Assembly (NCBI GenBank): GCA_963845755.1
Contig: CAWJTV010000013.1
Span: 64,001-128,000, forward strand
From: an uncultured Planctomycetota bacterium
GTDB lineage: Bacteria > Planctomycetota > Planctomycetia > Isosphaerales > Isosphaeraceae
Reading direction: 5' to 3'
Length of the DNA: 64,000 nt
In this document: positions 22,924 through 35,015 of the stretch, in pieces
Numbering within the stretch: the stretch's first letter is position 1
Layout: each line of letters begins with the position of its first letter
Program-made: the position numbers and the translations under genes
The notes under the pieces: model-generated
Told to the model about the DNA's origin: nothing
What the model saw: only the letters and a program-made list of their open reading frames with translations
Database searches by the model: none

Positions 22924-23295
22924 TCAGCCATTGCCGTCGATCACGCTGGCGAGCGCGTCGAAGTCGGCAGCCTCCAATAGCGGCCGTCCGGTCTGGGCAT
23001 CGATGATTTCATCCCGAAGTCCGGTCTCGGGGTCGATGGCCGTATTCCACCCCTCCGGCCGGTGGACGAACCCCAGGGCGGCCGTGGGCCGCGCATCGTC
23101 GGCCTTCGGCCCCACCAGCAGCAGAGTCTTCGGCGCATACCCGCGGAATTCGTCCGCATTGATCCGGTTCATGTAGGGGCCCAACTGCGCGAGCAGCGCG
23201 ATAGGGGGAGTGCGCCAGGGGAATTCCAATTCCACATACTGGGCCGTCGGATGGTGCCGCTTCAGCTCGTCGAATCCCCGGTAAGGTTCGGTCAT
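22924..23295 (-). CDS. Hypothetical protein
   Basis: 123-aa ORF with host codon usage and globular composition. Confidence 0.6.
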   Translation of the reverse strand: MTEPYRGFDELKRHHPTAQYVELEFPWRTPPIALLAQLGPYMNRINADEFRGYAPKTLLLVGPKADDARPTAALGFVHRPEGWNTAIDPETGLRDEIIDAQTGRPLLEAADFDALASVIDGNG

Positions 23296-23463
23296 CGGTC
23301 TCGTTCTTGGGTGGAGGATCGGCCCGCGACGGGGCCTTTATGTATCCTAATGTCCAGGTAAAGCCGCCCCGCGTGCGCCTCCCATGGCGCTCTGCGCGGG
23401 GCATAGGGCAATCGGCATTCCCACCTTCGGCGGCCCGCGGTATCATTCCGCCCGAGGTGCCCT

Positions 23464-23712
23464 ATGCTTTCAGCCGAAGCCCTGACGCAAATGCGCCTGC
23501 ACCTGGAACGGGACGGCATCCGCGTCGATGACGCCAACCGCGAAGCATACCGCGAGCTCGCGCGCGCCGGGATCATGTACCCGGTGTCGACCTTCGCGCG
23601 CGGGCCGGAGGCGTATTTTCGGTTTACCGATTTTGGATGGATGCATCGAGAGAAGATTTTGAGCGGCGAGATTACCTCTCCCTCAACTTCCGCCGCTGCT
23701 CCTCGCGGATGA
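23464..23712 (+). CDS. Small hypothetical protein
   Basis: GAGGT RBS; VDDANREAYRELARAGIMYPVSTF..GPEAYFRFT. Confidence 0.65.
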   Translation: MLSAEALTQMRLHLERDGIRVDDANREAYRELARAGIMYPVSTFARGPEAYFRFTDFGWMHREKILSGEITSPSTSAAAPRG

Positions 23713-24143
23713 TCCGCAGCAGCTCCCTGGCCGCGTGCGTGATCGGCAGCGCCGTGTCCGGTGCCATCTCCACCGCTTCCTCGTGCGTATGGCCCCGGCC
23801 CTCGATCTCCTCGTGCGTCAGGATCGCCATGGCGCGGGTCTCGACCGATGCCCGCCGCCACGCCCTATCCGCGCGGGCCGACGGGCTGCATCAGCTCGTC
23901 GTGGAAAATCCCGTAATCCAGGTTCAGGCGTTCCCCCGGCGAATTGCCGCCGCCGTCGCCTTCATGCGGGAAGAATGCCCGCCATCCGATGCCATGCTGG
24001 CGGTCGCTGGCGCCGATCCGGTTGTCGTCGATGCCGAGCTTCTTCAGGAAGAGCGCCGCCCACTGGTCAAGGGCCTTGGCGTTCTCGACGGCATAGGCGC
24101 GCGCCCCTTCGGCGTCGCGTCGGTCGGGCTTGCGGGGTGTCAT
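23672..24143 (-). CDS. Hypothetical protein with HEExE...HTHE motif (frameshift near 23870)
   Basis: ORF 23865-24143 continues in another frame as ADRAWRRASVETRAMAILTHEEIEGRGHTHEEAVEMAPDTALPITHAARELLRII. Confidence 0.6.
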
Positions 24144-24788
24144 CGGCTATGTCCCCGGTCCATCCTGTCCAGCTCCTTCAGCAGGCGGTATGCCTTGTCA
24201 TCATGCCAGGCATGCTTCTCCCACAACAGAACAGGCGATTACGAACAAAACCAACCATTGCATGAAGGCGATTGGTAATAGCGAGTTCTGCGGATGCTTC
24301 GCACAAAACATATTCGTGAATGTAACCTTCAGCCAATACGTCGAGTTTTTCAGTTTTTCCCCAGATGAATTTGACTATCAGACGCTTTCGCCTAAAGCGA
24401 AGGAGGTTTATAGCAACATGAGGCAAACTTGGGATAAATTTGTTAAATGTTATGAATAGAAGCAATAACTAGATATAGTGTTTGGTCTATAAATTATATA
24501 ATCCCCCCATTCTTCGAAGTTGCTGAACTCGAACGATTGCCATCGGCCTCGCCTCCACGAGGCTCTATACTAACTCGATGTCGCCGCCCTGCGGGCTGAA
24601 CCGCCGGTGCGTGAGCGGCTCGAGATCCTTGGTGAACTTCGACGTGATGACGTGGTGACCCCCGCAGCCGGGCCATGACCGCTTCACTCCCGCCTGGTGA
24701 CGCGGATCGGCCTGACGCTCGAAGCGCCCTACGGGCTGTCCAAACATGGCGGACGACCAACTGTCATTGACCCTGGAGCCTATCGCCC

Positions 24789-25202
24789 ATGTATCGAGAA
24801 CACTTGACGATCGAGACCCGCGGTCGCGGGACTCACGAGATCACGCGTCAGCTCGAGCACGCCGTGGAGCGTTCGGAGATCACCGAAGGACTCTGTCACG
24901 TGTTCATCCATCACACCAGCGCGTCGCTGATCGTTTGCGAGAACGCCGACCCCACCGTGCGCCGCGACCTGGAGAGCTACGCGGCCCGGCTGGCGCCCGA
25001 TGGCGACCCATCGTACGTCCATGACAGCGAGGGGCCCGACGATATGTCCGCCCATCTCCGGTCGATCTTGACCCTCACTTCGCTGACCATTCCGGTCGAA
25101 CGCGGAGCTTGCGACCTGGGGACATGGCAGGGCGTCTTCCTGTGGGAGCATCGCACCAGTCCCCATCGGCGGCGGATCACCATCACGGTCCAGGGTGATT
25201 GA
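24789..25202 (+). CDS. yjbQ: YjbQ/UPF0047 family protein
   Basis: HTSASLIVCENADPTV, HDSEGPDDMSAHLRS, LGTWQGVFLWEHR. Confidence 0.93.
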   Translation: MYREHLTIETRGRGTHEITRQLEHAVERSEITEGLCHVFIHHTSASLIVCENADPTVRRDLESYAARLAPDGDPSYVHDSEGPDDMSAHLRSILTLTSLTIPVERGACDLGTWQGVFLWEHRTSPHRRRITITVQGD

Positions 25203-25338
25203 TCGGCCGAGCGATCCCGGGAAAACCGAACCACCCCTCCCGCGGGCGGTTGCCACGGGAGGGGTGGTCTGTCAATTCTCCGGCATTCTTCGGTCAGGCC
25301 CCGCGGTTTTCTCGCGAGGCCGGGTCGGCTCCGGTCCC

Positions 25339-26436
25339 TCAATTGTTGGCGCTGCTGGCAATCCAGCTCGACCAGTTCCACGTGATCGCGGAGATCGGCA
25401 CGCTGGTCACCGGGGGCATGGCCGGCTGCATGGCGGGCGCCATGGTCACGGATACCCGCGGAGCGGCCGGCGTGGGAGCCGCGGGCTGGGCGGCCGCGAT
25501 GGCGCCCTCGAGGGATCCGCCCTGCCAGGAGCCGGTCAGGACGAAGTCCTGCTCGAGATTGACGTTGCCGACGCTGACGCGAACGCTGTTGATGACCTGG
25601 TTGTTGAGGCTCGCGATGAGCTGATACTGGCCCGGGGCGAGCGACATCTCGTAGCCGCCGGAACTCCAGGTCTGCGTGGAGTTGACCTGTCCCGTCGCGA
25701 GGTTCACGGCGCTGATCTGCACGTTCCCCACGCCGTTACCCGAGGCATAGAACCCGGTCTTGCCGGGGTCGTTGTAGGCCACGCCCACGATCTGGGCCTG
25801 CTCGCCGGACTGGGCGCCGAAGTCCTGGGTCACGACCAGCGGGCCGACCGTGGAACCGGCCCCCGTGTTCACCAGCCCGATCCCGGCATCACGATACGCG
25901 TTCTGCGGAGAGACGTTGGGCTGCTGGATGTTCATCCGATGCCCGTCATCCGAGACGCCCCAGTCGAGCAAGAAGGCTTCCATCGCGTCCTCGACCGAGC
26001 TCGCGTAGGCATAAACATTCTCACCGGTTGACGAGGCGTTGTTATAGCCGGCCGCCTGGATCCGCTGCTGAGGCGTGGACCCGTTCGAACCGTTGTGCGA
26101 CTGGAACTGGTTGCTGGCCATGTCCTGGCTGTGCCCCTGGGCGGACTGTGCGAGTTGGGGGCTCCAGGCAAGCGGCGGCTGGACCGGCGACGACGCGATC
26201 TTCTGCAGGGTCGCCTGGAGATTCACCCCGTAATAATTGAGCGTGTTCTGAATCTCCGGCGTGATGTTCTGGGAGATCTCCTGGGCGGCAGCGGACGGAT
26301 CGGTCCGGGCCTCGTTCAACAATTGGAGCATGTATTGCTCGTCGTTGGTCGGACCCTGGCTCGACACCGTCGACAACAACTGACGGGATTCCAGGTTGTC
26401 GAACCGCGGCGCTCGACGGAACTTGGACCGAGCCAT
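25339..26436 (-). CDS. CAP (SCP-like) domain secreted protein with LESRQLLS motif
   Basis: EQYMLQLLNEAR, AQGHSQDM, QSHNGSNGS, GENV, GHRMNI, VTQDFG. Confidence 0.9.
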   Translation of the reverse strand: MARSKFRRAPRFDNLESRQLLSTVSSQGPTNDEQYMLQLLNEARTDPSAAAQEISQNITPEIQNTLNYYGVNLQATLQKIASSPVQPPLAWSPQLAQSAQGHSQDMASNQFQSHNGSNGSTPQQRIQAAGYNNASSTGENVYAYASSVEDAMEAFLLDWGVSDDGHRMNIQQPNVSPQNAYRDAGIGLVNTGAGSTVGPLVVTQDFGAQSGEQAQIVGVAYNDPGKTGFYASGNGVGNVQISAVNLATGQVNSTQTWSSGGYEMSLAPGQYQLIASLNNQVINSVRVSVGNVNLEQDFVLTGSWQGGSLEGAIAAAQPAAPTPAAPRVSVTMAPAMQPAMPPVTSVPISAITWNWSSWIASSANN

Positions 26437-26648
26437 GGAGACCTCCCTGTCTATTGAAGATCCGACCGGTGAGCACCCCGACCAGTCGTGATGGGGCACT
26501 TCATTTTCACCGGATGAGTCCCCTCACCATCCATAATGAGGGGGATTTGCCTTCTGTCGGGAAGGCGATCGCACGCGAGGGTTGTATGAACTTTAGGAAA
26601 AAATCCGTGAGGGACGACTGCATCTCTCGTACGGACGCTCCCCCAAAA

Positions 26649-26664
26649 AGCAAGTCACGTGCCA
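26649..26664 (-). promoter_or_regulatory. Sigma54 (-24/-12) promoter
   Basis: Minus strand TGGCACGTGACTTGCT, 15/16 identical to the site at 12625. Confidence 0.78.
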
Positions 26665-27057
26665 GTTCGAGAACCGAAGCCGATGGATCGGCCATCTCGG
26701 GGCCTAAGTCTCTGGGATTCCAGCGTTAACGGCGTCAAGCCGACATGACCGGCGTGAGGATTGCGATTCTCGTTGATCCGTTCCCGGGAGCAACTCGTTG
26801 CAAGGTGTCAAGTCGTCCTTACAAAAACGACCTTTTTACAAGGACTCACGGCAGCGGTCGAATGACGAATCTTTCTTTAAAGTCATCGGTTGCGTTAACC
26901 GACAGGGCGCATCGAATGGATCGGCGCGGTCCCCCTCTCGCGAATGCGGGAATCGATTGACCAGCCGGTCTGGAAGCAGGAGAATCAGGAATGGTGCGGC
27001 CGATCGCACCATGGAATGACCCGAATGCTCTCGCGATCATGGAAGGAAGTCCAGCCG

Positions 27058-27849
27058 ATGCGCCCCCCGTTCCCTGGCATGGATCCCTGGTTGGAGCACC
27101 CGGATCTCTGGCTGGGCGTACATAACCGCCTGATCGCGGCGATCTCTGATGAGATCGTTCCGAAAGTAGCCCCCAGATACTTCGTCGCCGTCGAGCAGCA
27201 CGCGTATCTGGTCCCGATCCATGGTGACAGGGTCACCGGCCGGCCCGATCTCCTCGTGAGCCGGACGAGATCGCGAAGGCGGCTCCCGGTCCCGTCCGGT
27301 CCCGAAGCTTCGGTTGGAGCAGGCGTCCTGGAGCTGGACGTGGAAGTGCCCGTTAAGGAGCGGGTCGAGGAATGGTATCTCAAGATCAAGCGGGTGGGGA
27401 CTGGCAAGGTCGTCACCGTAATCGAGGTGCTCTCGCCGACGAACAAGTCTCATCGGCCCGGGCGGAAGCAATACCTGCGGAAGCGAGGACACATTCTCGG
27501 TTCGAACACGAACCTCGTCGAGATCGATCTGCTCCGCAAGGGCAAGCCGATGCCGATCCGTCAGCCTGTGGAAAGCGATTATCGCATCCTCATCAGTCGC
27601 GGACAGTCGCGTCCTAGGGCCAGGCTCCTGGCCTTCGGCGTGCGCCAGCCGATCCCGGTGATTCCCATCCCGCTTCTCCCGAAGGACTCCGAACCGACGC
27701 TCGATCTCAATACCGTTCTTCACGCCCTGTATGAGCGAGCGCGATTCGACCTGCAATTCGACTACGCGAATCCGCCGGAACCGCCCCTGGACAAGAAAGA
27801 CGCCGCCTGGGCTCGCGCCATCGTCTCTCCGAAATCGCGCGGCAAGTGA
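27058..27849 (+). CDS. DUF4058 family protein
   Basis: MRPPFPGMDPWLEHP, VIEVLSPTNK, LVEIDLLRKG. Confidence 0.92.
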   Translation: MRPPFPGMDPWLEHPDLWLGVHNRLIAAISDEIVPKVAPRYFVAVEQHAYLVPIHGDRVTGRPDLLVSRTRSRRRLPVPSGPEASVGAGVLELDVEVPVKERVEEWYLKIKRVGTGKVVTVIEVLSPTNKSHRPGRKQYLRKRGHILGSNTNLVEIDLLRKGKPMPIRQPVESDYRILISRGQSRPRARLLAFGVRQPIPVIPIPLLPKDSEPTLDLNTVLHALYERARFDLQFDYANPPEPPLDKKDAAWARAIVSPKSRGK

Positions 27850-27903
27850 AGGACCCGCGGTGAGGCGACCCTTGACCGCGAGCGGCTCGGAGACCAGACT
27901 GCC

Positions 27904-28188
27904 TTGGTGAGGCACCTGGCCAAGGGGATGCTGGCCAAGCTCGCCCTGCTCCTCGCCGTCGTGCACTCCAACCGTCGGATCGAACTGCTCGACGTCTGTG
28001 TCTCGATGCTCGATCGCGGCGACCGGAGCGATCTCGCCGCGCGCATCCTGGAGCGGTACACGACGGTGGATCCGGTCAGCCCCAAGGGCTGGCGCGGCTG
28101 GCTCGACGCCAACCCCGACGGGCGGCGACAGCCGAGGTCGAATCGGGACGAAGCCGATAGCAAGCACGTCGTCAGACCGGTACGATGA
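27904..28188 (+). pseudogene. Probable gene remnant
   Basis: Short protein-like frame (ILERYT..WRGWLDAN) with no convincing start. Confidence 0.3.
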
Positions 28189-28253
28189 ACGCGCCCTTGC
28201 GGAATGTCCATTTTCTCGGCTGTCTTGATCATCCAAGAGAGGACGCCGTGCCG

Positions 28254-30148
28254 ATGCGCCCCCCTGCTCCGCGCCCGGTCGGAGATGCTGGCTGGGAATC
28301 CTGGGAATCCTCCTGGCCGGCCCGGAGTCGGTCCGAATCGCCTGGTCGGAGGAACCGGCCGGCGCGCGGCAGATGGAGCGACTCGGCCGCGGGGTGGTCG
28401 CCCTCCGTCGCGAGGATGGCCGCGTCTTCGTGAGCTGGCGATTGCTGGCGACCGATCCCGTGGACATCGCCTTCAACGTCTACCGCGCGACCGGCGAAGG
28501 TGAGGCCGCGAAGCTCAACACGAGTCCGATCACCCATTCGACAAGCTTCCTCGACGACCGCGCGGACCGGAGCCAATTCCTGTCATACTCAGTCCGCCCG
28601 GTTCTCGAAGGGCACGAGCAGCCAATCAGCGCCCCGTTCCGGATCCCGGCGAATGCGCCGCCTCGTCCTTACCTGGCGATTCCGCTCCGGACGCCCGAGG
28701 GCTACAGCCCCAATGATGCCTCGGTCGGCGACCTCGACGGCGACGGCGAATACGAGATCGTCTTGCACCAGGAGTCGCGGGGGCGCGACAACTCCCAGCG
28801 CGGGCGGACGGGCGAGCCGATCCTCGAAGCCTACAAGCTCGACGGCACATTCCTCTGGCGGATCAACCTCGGCAAGAACATCCGCGAGGGGGCGCATTAC
28901 ACCCAGTTCCTGGTCTACGACCTCGACGGCGATGGTCGCGCCGAGCTGGTCTGCAAGACCGCGGACGGCACCATCGACGGCACGGCCACACGATCGGCAG
29001 CGCCGCGGCCGATTGGCGCAATCCCTCGGGATATGTCCTGGATGGACCGGAATTCTTGACCGTCTTCGACGGCCTGACGGGCCGCGCACTGGCCACCACG
29101 GAATACCTGCCGCCCCGGGGGCGGGTCGCCGACTGGGGCGACGATTACGGCAATCGCGTCGACCGGTTCCTGGCCTGCGTGGCGTACCTGGACGGTGTCC
29201 GGCCCAGCGTCGTCATGTGTCGGGGCTACTACACGAGGACGGTCCTGGTCGCCTGGAACTGGCGGGACGGGAAGCTTTCGCGCGTCTGGACGCTTCGACA
29301 GTGACGACGGCCCGACGACCAATCGCGCCTATCGCGGCCAGGGCAACCACAACCTCAGCGTCGGCGACGTGGACGGCGACGGCAAGGACGAGATCATCTA
29401 CGGCGCCTGCTGCATCGACGACGACGGCCAAGGTCTCTACACAACGGGCCTGGGTCACGGCGATGCCTTGCACCTCTCGGACATCGACCCCGACCGGCCC
29501 GGCCTGGAGGTCTTCGACATCCACGAGCGGCCCCGGCATCCCAACGGGGCCGAGTTTCGCGACGCCCGCACCGGCCGGCTCCTCTGGGGCAAGCGCTCGC
29601 CCGACGTCGGCCGGGGCGTGGCCATGGACATCGACCCCCGCCATCGCGGCTACGAGATGTGGGCCTCGGGCCAGGGGCTCTCGGGCCTCTGGAACGTCAA
29701 GGGCGAGACGATCTCCGACCGCAAGCCGCGATCCTGCAACTTCGGCGTCTGGTGGGACGGCGACCTGCTCCGCGAGATCCTCGATCGCAACCGGATCACC
29801 AAGTGGAACTGGGAAACCGGCTCCGAGTCGACGGTGCTCGTCGCCGAAGGCTGCACCGCGAACAACGGCACGAAATCGACTCCGTGTCTCTGCGCGGATA
29901 TCCTCGGCGACTGGCGGGAAGAAGTCATCTGGCGGACGCTCGACAATCGCGAGCTGCGCATCTACACGACCACGATCCCCACCGAACACCGGCTCTATAC
30001 CCTGATGCACGATCCCCAGTACCGCCTCTCGGTGGCCTGGCAGAACGTCGGCTACAACCAGCCGACCCAGCCGGGGTTTTATCTCGGCGACGGCATGGCA
30101 ACGCCCCCGCGGCCTCGAATCTCACTCACACAAGTAAGGAAACCCTGA
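28254..30148 (+). CDS. Rhamnogalacturonan lyase, PL11 (YesW/YesX-like), frameshifted
   Basis: RQMERLGRGVVA, FVSWRLL, NDASVGDLDGDG, NIREGAHYTQF, GQGNHNLSVGDVDGDGKDEI, LMHDPQYR, QNVGYNQP. Confidence 0.95.
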
Positions 30149-31178
30149 TGTCCATTCGCATGAATCGCCAGATCCTCCTGGCGGCGCCCCCAGGGTGAGC
30201 CGAAGGAATCCGACCTGAAGCTCGTGGAGACGCCCGTGCCGGACCCCGGCCCGGGGCAGATGCTCTTGCGCACGCTGTATCTCTCGCTGGACCCCTACAT
30301 GCGCGGCCGGATGAACGCCGGTCCGTCGTATGCCGCGCCGGTCGAGATCGGCGAGGTGATGACCGGTGCGACGGTCAGTCGGGTCGAAGTATCCCAGCTC
30401 GGTGGATTCTCTGTCGGCGACATCGTCGGAGCCTACTCGGGATGGCAGGACTACGCGGTTTCTGACGGCCGAGGCGTCCAGAAGCTCGATCCGTCGCTCG
30501 CGCCCATCACCACGGCGCTGGGCGTCCTCGGCATGCCGGGGATGACCGCCTGGACCGGCTTGATGAACATCGGCCAACCGAAGGCCGGCGAGACGGTCGT
30601 GGTCGCCGCGGCCTCTGGCAGCCGTTGGCTCGGTCGTCGGTCAGCTCGCCAAGGCCAGGGGCTGCCGGGCGATCGGGATTGCCGGCGGCGAACGCAAGTG
30701 CGGCTATGTGGTAAACGAGCTCGGGCTCGACGCGTGCATCGACCACCGCCGATCCGATTTCGCCGAGGCACTTCAAGCCGCTTGCCCGAAGGGGATCGAT
30801 GTCTACTTCGAGAACGTCGGCGGGGCCGTCTTCGATGCCGTTCTTCCCCTCCTCAACAACTTCGCCCGGGTGCCCGTCTGCGGGCTCATCGCGCAGTATA
30901 ACGCCAAGGAGCTGCCGGTCGGCCGCGATCGGATTCCGCTGCTCATGGCCCAGATCCTGATCAAGCGGCTGACGCTCCGCGGCTTCATCGTGTTCGACTT
31001 CGCGAAGCAGCAACCCGACTTCCTGGCCGAGGTGGGACCGATGGTACGCGATGGTCGGATCAAGTACCTCGAGGACATCGTCGACGGCCTGGAAAACGCC
31101 CCACGCGCCCTGATCGGGCTCTTGCACGGCGAGAATTTCGGCAAGCTGCTGGTCCGCGTCGCCGCGGAGGGTCCGTGA
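30148..31178 (+). CDS. NADP-dependent oxidoreductase (CurA/PTGR-like, MDR family), frameshifted
   Basis: LSLDPYMRGRM, LGMPGMTAW, GIDVYFENVGG, GENFGK. Confidence 0.93.
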
Positions 31179-32906
31179 TTCGGGACTGGCCGTTTCGAAG
31201 CGCCCATAGCCGTCGTTGCGGATCCACAGTCCGATGCCGGTGCGGTCGTCGTGAAGAACGAGTCGTGAAGGGAGGTACGACTCTCTGAGGAATGCGTGTA
31301 AGGCCCGGAACGGAGCATAGCCCGCGAAGATCAGCTCGGGGGGATTCCGGCGGAGCGTCGCCAGGATCTCCTCGGTCTGGGCCCGGACCAGGGGGTGATC
31401 GCGGTCGGCCTGGTCGCGCAGGAGATTGTTGACGAAGAAATGACGCGTGGGACTATCCAGCCGCGAATAGAAATGCAAAGGGCTCTGCCACCCCCAGACC
31501 AGGAGATGGGGGTGGGTCCAGATCGTCGCGCGACGGGCGAGGTCGCGCCCCAGCGCCCTCAGGACGACCCACTGTCCTCCCCCTTTGTACCGGACCGTCA
31601 ATTGCTCCGGGGCCACGCCCAGGTAGTCGCGTGCCTGGATGAACAGCGTACCACCGATCGCCGCGAGCAAAGCGACCGACGAGGCCGTCGCGATGATGAG
31701 CCGCCCTCGGGTCGAGCGACCGCGAACGGCGGTCCTCGATCCAGATCGGAAACGGCGGGCCAGGACCGAGGCCGAATCCGCCATCAGGATTGCGACCGCG
31801 ATCGCCACCCCGGGGATCGGCAGCAGGTAGTAATGCTGCCAGTACAGGCCCGGGAGGGCGACCTGAAGCCACGCCGCACACGTCCAGCCGGCGGCCAGGC
31901 GCCGCCGCGCGTCGGCCGGCTTGCCGAAGATGAGATAGCTCAGTGCCGGCACCGAAGCTAGCCAGAGGGGCCAGCTCCCGCTCCCCCACCAGACCAGGTA
32001 ATTCGTCTCGCCGAACGGCCAGGGGAGCCGGCCATTCGGGTCGGCATTGCCGGTCAGCCAGCGAATGGGCCACGGCGGGGCATTCGGCTCCGGCAAGGTG
32101 TCGGTGGTCAATGCCCTGCCCTGGAGGATGATGTCTTCGTACGCGGCGTGCCCCGCGCCCTGCACCAGGACGATCGACATCGCGATCCCCACGACCAACG
32201 CCACACCCAGGCCGAACATGAGGACATCGAGAAGCCCACGGACCCATCGTCCCGGACGCGCCGGGTCCGGGAGCCAGGCCCGCAGCAAGATCGCCGGGAC
32301 GAAGACCATCGCGTGGACGATCGCAATCTGTTTGACCAGCACCGCCAATCCCAGGCAGGCCCCTGCCCCGAAGATCGACCATCGGCTCTCACGCGTCCAG
32401 CCGTTAATAAGGAGCGCCAGGGATATGGCCGCGAACAGGTTGATGAAATGCTCGAAATTCGATCCGTTGCCGAAGAGGAAGGGATCGGTGCTGAGCTGCG
32501 TATACAGTCCGGCGGCGAGGCAGGCCGCAACGGGTCCACCCAGCCTCAGGGCGATCCACCACACGCCGGCGATCGTCAACAGGACGACCGGGATCGCCAT
32601 GAGTCGGATCGCCAGCTCCCGATAACCCCCGATCGCCACGGCCAGCGTGTAAAGCCAGTAGCCCAGCGGCGGCTTGTTCTCGGTCAGGTCGCGATACATC
32701 ACGTCGCCCTGATGGATGCGATGGCCGATGTAAGCATAGGCTGCCTCGTCGCAGTCCAGCGGCTCGCTCGCGCCAACCGTCTTGGGCCAGAGATCGAGGC
32801 CCGTCCTGGCCCGAACGTCCGGCCCGAACGTATGCGCGCGGTACCAGACGTCGATCAGCAACAGGAGAACGAGGATCACAATCGGCCATCGCATGGTCGC
32901 GGACAC
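31175..32906 (-). CDS. GT-C (ArnT/PMT-like) membrane glycosyltransferase; 3' end approximate
   Basis: DCDEAAYAY, YRDLTENKPP, many TM helices, HYYL motif. Confidence 0.8.
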
Positions 32907-33526
32907 CTTGATGGTTAGCGGGCGGCACAGGCTCCAAGGGCTCCTGATCAGGATATTCGGGCCGAGAGGATAGGAAAACCCGCAAGACCGGCCATCCGCG
33001 TAGCCGGAACGGGCATGCAGTCACACGGAAGAGGCCTGAACTGGCTCGGGTGCCCATCGTCTGAAGAGGTTCAGGGGCGGCGAAGTCTCACGTCTCAGCC
33101 CGCGATGACCTGGCCTGCACCCAACGGCCTGGCCGATTCCTCACTCGCCCCGGGCGAACGGCTCGGCGGGGAAGTCCAGGTCCATCATCAGAACTCGGGA
33201 GTCGGCACGGGACCGAATCGGGTCCAGGCCGAATTCGACTCGGAGGAGATCGGGGTCCCGAAAGCCGCCGGCTCCGACTCTTCGAAGGATGGCCATCGCC
33301 TCCTGGGCGTGCGACCTTGCTTCCGTGTGGGAGACCTTCGATCTCGACCCTCCGGCGAGCCCCGACCGGGCGCCGTGGCAGCACGCCCAGAAGATGGTCG
33401 GCTCGCTTTGCCCGGCGGATTGGCGGCGTAGAGCTCCGCGGCCCGTCGCCAGTCGGCGGCGCCGGCGGCGGCATCGCCGGCCGCGGCCCTCGCGCCGCCC
33501 GAACGGAGCAGCGTCTCCGCTAACCC

Positions 33527-35015
33527 CAATACCGTTGAAATAGGCGCAAGCCACAGCCTCCTGTTACTTTGGGTTTACTCACGACCCAAGCAACACGGAG
33601 GCCATGACTCGCATGCCGCACGGACATTGCACGCTGCCGCCCGATGGGTCGGGCCGGATCTTGGATCGCTTGGCGGGACTGGAACAGATTATCTCGCCCG
33701 AGGCCGTTCGCCAAGTCCTCGCGGCCACCGGTAAAACCAATCAACGACGTTGCACACTGACCCACGAGATTGTTTGCTGGGTGGTCCTGGCCATGGGGCT
33801 GTTGACCGACTTGCCGATCCGCCAAGTCTTCAAGCATGCACGCCGGCTCCGAGTCGGCGAGGAGAGTCCCCATCGATCCAGCCTGTGTGTGGCCCGGCAA
33901 CGCCTGGGCATCGCGCCGGTCCGCCACCTGTTCGAGCACGTCGTTCATCCTCTGGCCCGGCCCGATACGCCCGGAGCCTTCTACCGCGGGTTCCGCCTGG
34001 TCGGCATCGATGGGACCGTCTACGATGTCCCCGACTCGGAGGCCAACGCCGCGGCCTTCGCGCGCCCTCGGCCGGGCCGCGCGGCGACGGCGCGTTCCCC
34101 CAAGTCCGCAAGCTGAGCCTGGTCGAATTGGGGACCCACATCGAACTGGCCTTCGTGGTCCGGTCGATCGCCCACGGCGAACCGTCGATGGTCGGCGGCT
34201 TGCTCCGCCATCTGACTCCGGAGATGCTCCTGTTGGAGGATCGCGGGTTTTTCAGCTATGACCACTGGAAAACGGCGATGTTGCGGGGCGTCCAGCTGTT
34301 GGCACGCGTGAAAAGCGGCTTGATCCTCAAGTCGATCCAAAACCTGGCGGATGGCTCGTACCTGGCCAAGATTTATCGGGGTTGCTACGACCGTCAGATC
34401 GATCGGGATGGGATCGTCGTCCGGGTGATCCGCTATACACTGGACGACCCGCAACGAGTCGGACACGGTGAAACTCATGTGCTGATCACGAATCTCCTTG
34501 ACGCGGAGCTTTATCCTGCTGAAGAATTGATTATTCTTTATCACGAGAGATGGGAACAGGAGTTGGTCTATGATGAGCAAAAGACCCATCATGATCCGCG
34601 GCGGGCGACCAAGCCGGCACAGATGCGAAGCGAGACCCCGGCGGGGGTGATCCAGGAGATCTATGCGCTGTCGCTGGGTCATTTCGTGATCCGAGCCTTG
34701 ATGGTTGCGGCCGCCGGGACCGTGGGGCTGGACCCGGATCGGCTGTCGTTTCTGGGGTGCTTCCAGATCCTCAAGTGCCGGTTGCCAGAATGCAACAGCT
34801 CGACCCCCGAGGCGTTCGAGGAGTGGTACCAGGGATTGTTGTGGGAGATGCAGGGGGAGCGCACCGATGACGAAATGCGGAGGAACCGGATCAATCCGCG
34901 AGTGATCAAGCGTAAAATGTCCAAGTGGAAAAAGAAACGATCCAAACATCGACACATTCCGCCCTTGAAGAAAACCTTTGCAGAGACAGTGGTTATGCTT
35001 CCTTAAACGGTATTG
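33527..35015 (+). mobile_element. IS4 family insertion sequence, 1489 bp
   Basis: Terminal IRs CAATACCGTTGAA / TTAAACGGTATTG; exact 10-bp TSD CCGCTAACCC at 33517-33526 and 35016-35025. Confidence 0.95.
33604..35006 (+). CDS. IS4 family DDE transposase (frameshift near 34070)
   Basis: ARQRLG, GIDGT, EDRGF, LYHERWEQE (YREK-like), QEIYA, RINPRVIKRK. Confidence 0.93.

Noticed and set aside
30196..30198. TGA early in the oxidoreductase as a second Sec codon
   Set aside because: The conserved protein continues in a different frame (RPQGEP), so this is an indel; no Cys context.
30507..31175. Glycosyltransferase ORF extending about 670 bp antisense into the oxidoreductase
   Set aside because: The extension reads as the antisense shadow of the oxidoreductase; a lost stop or indel is more likely than a true overlap.
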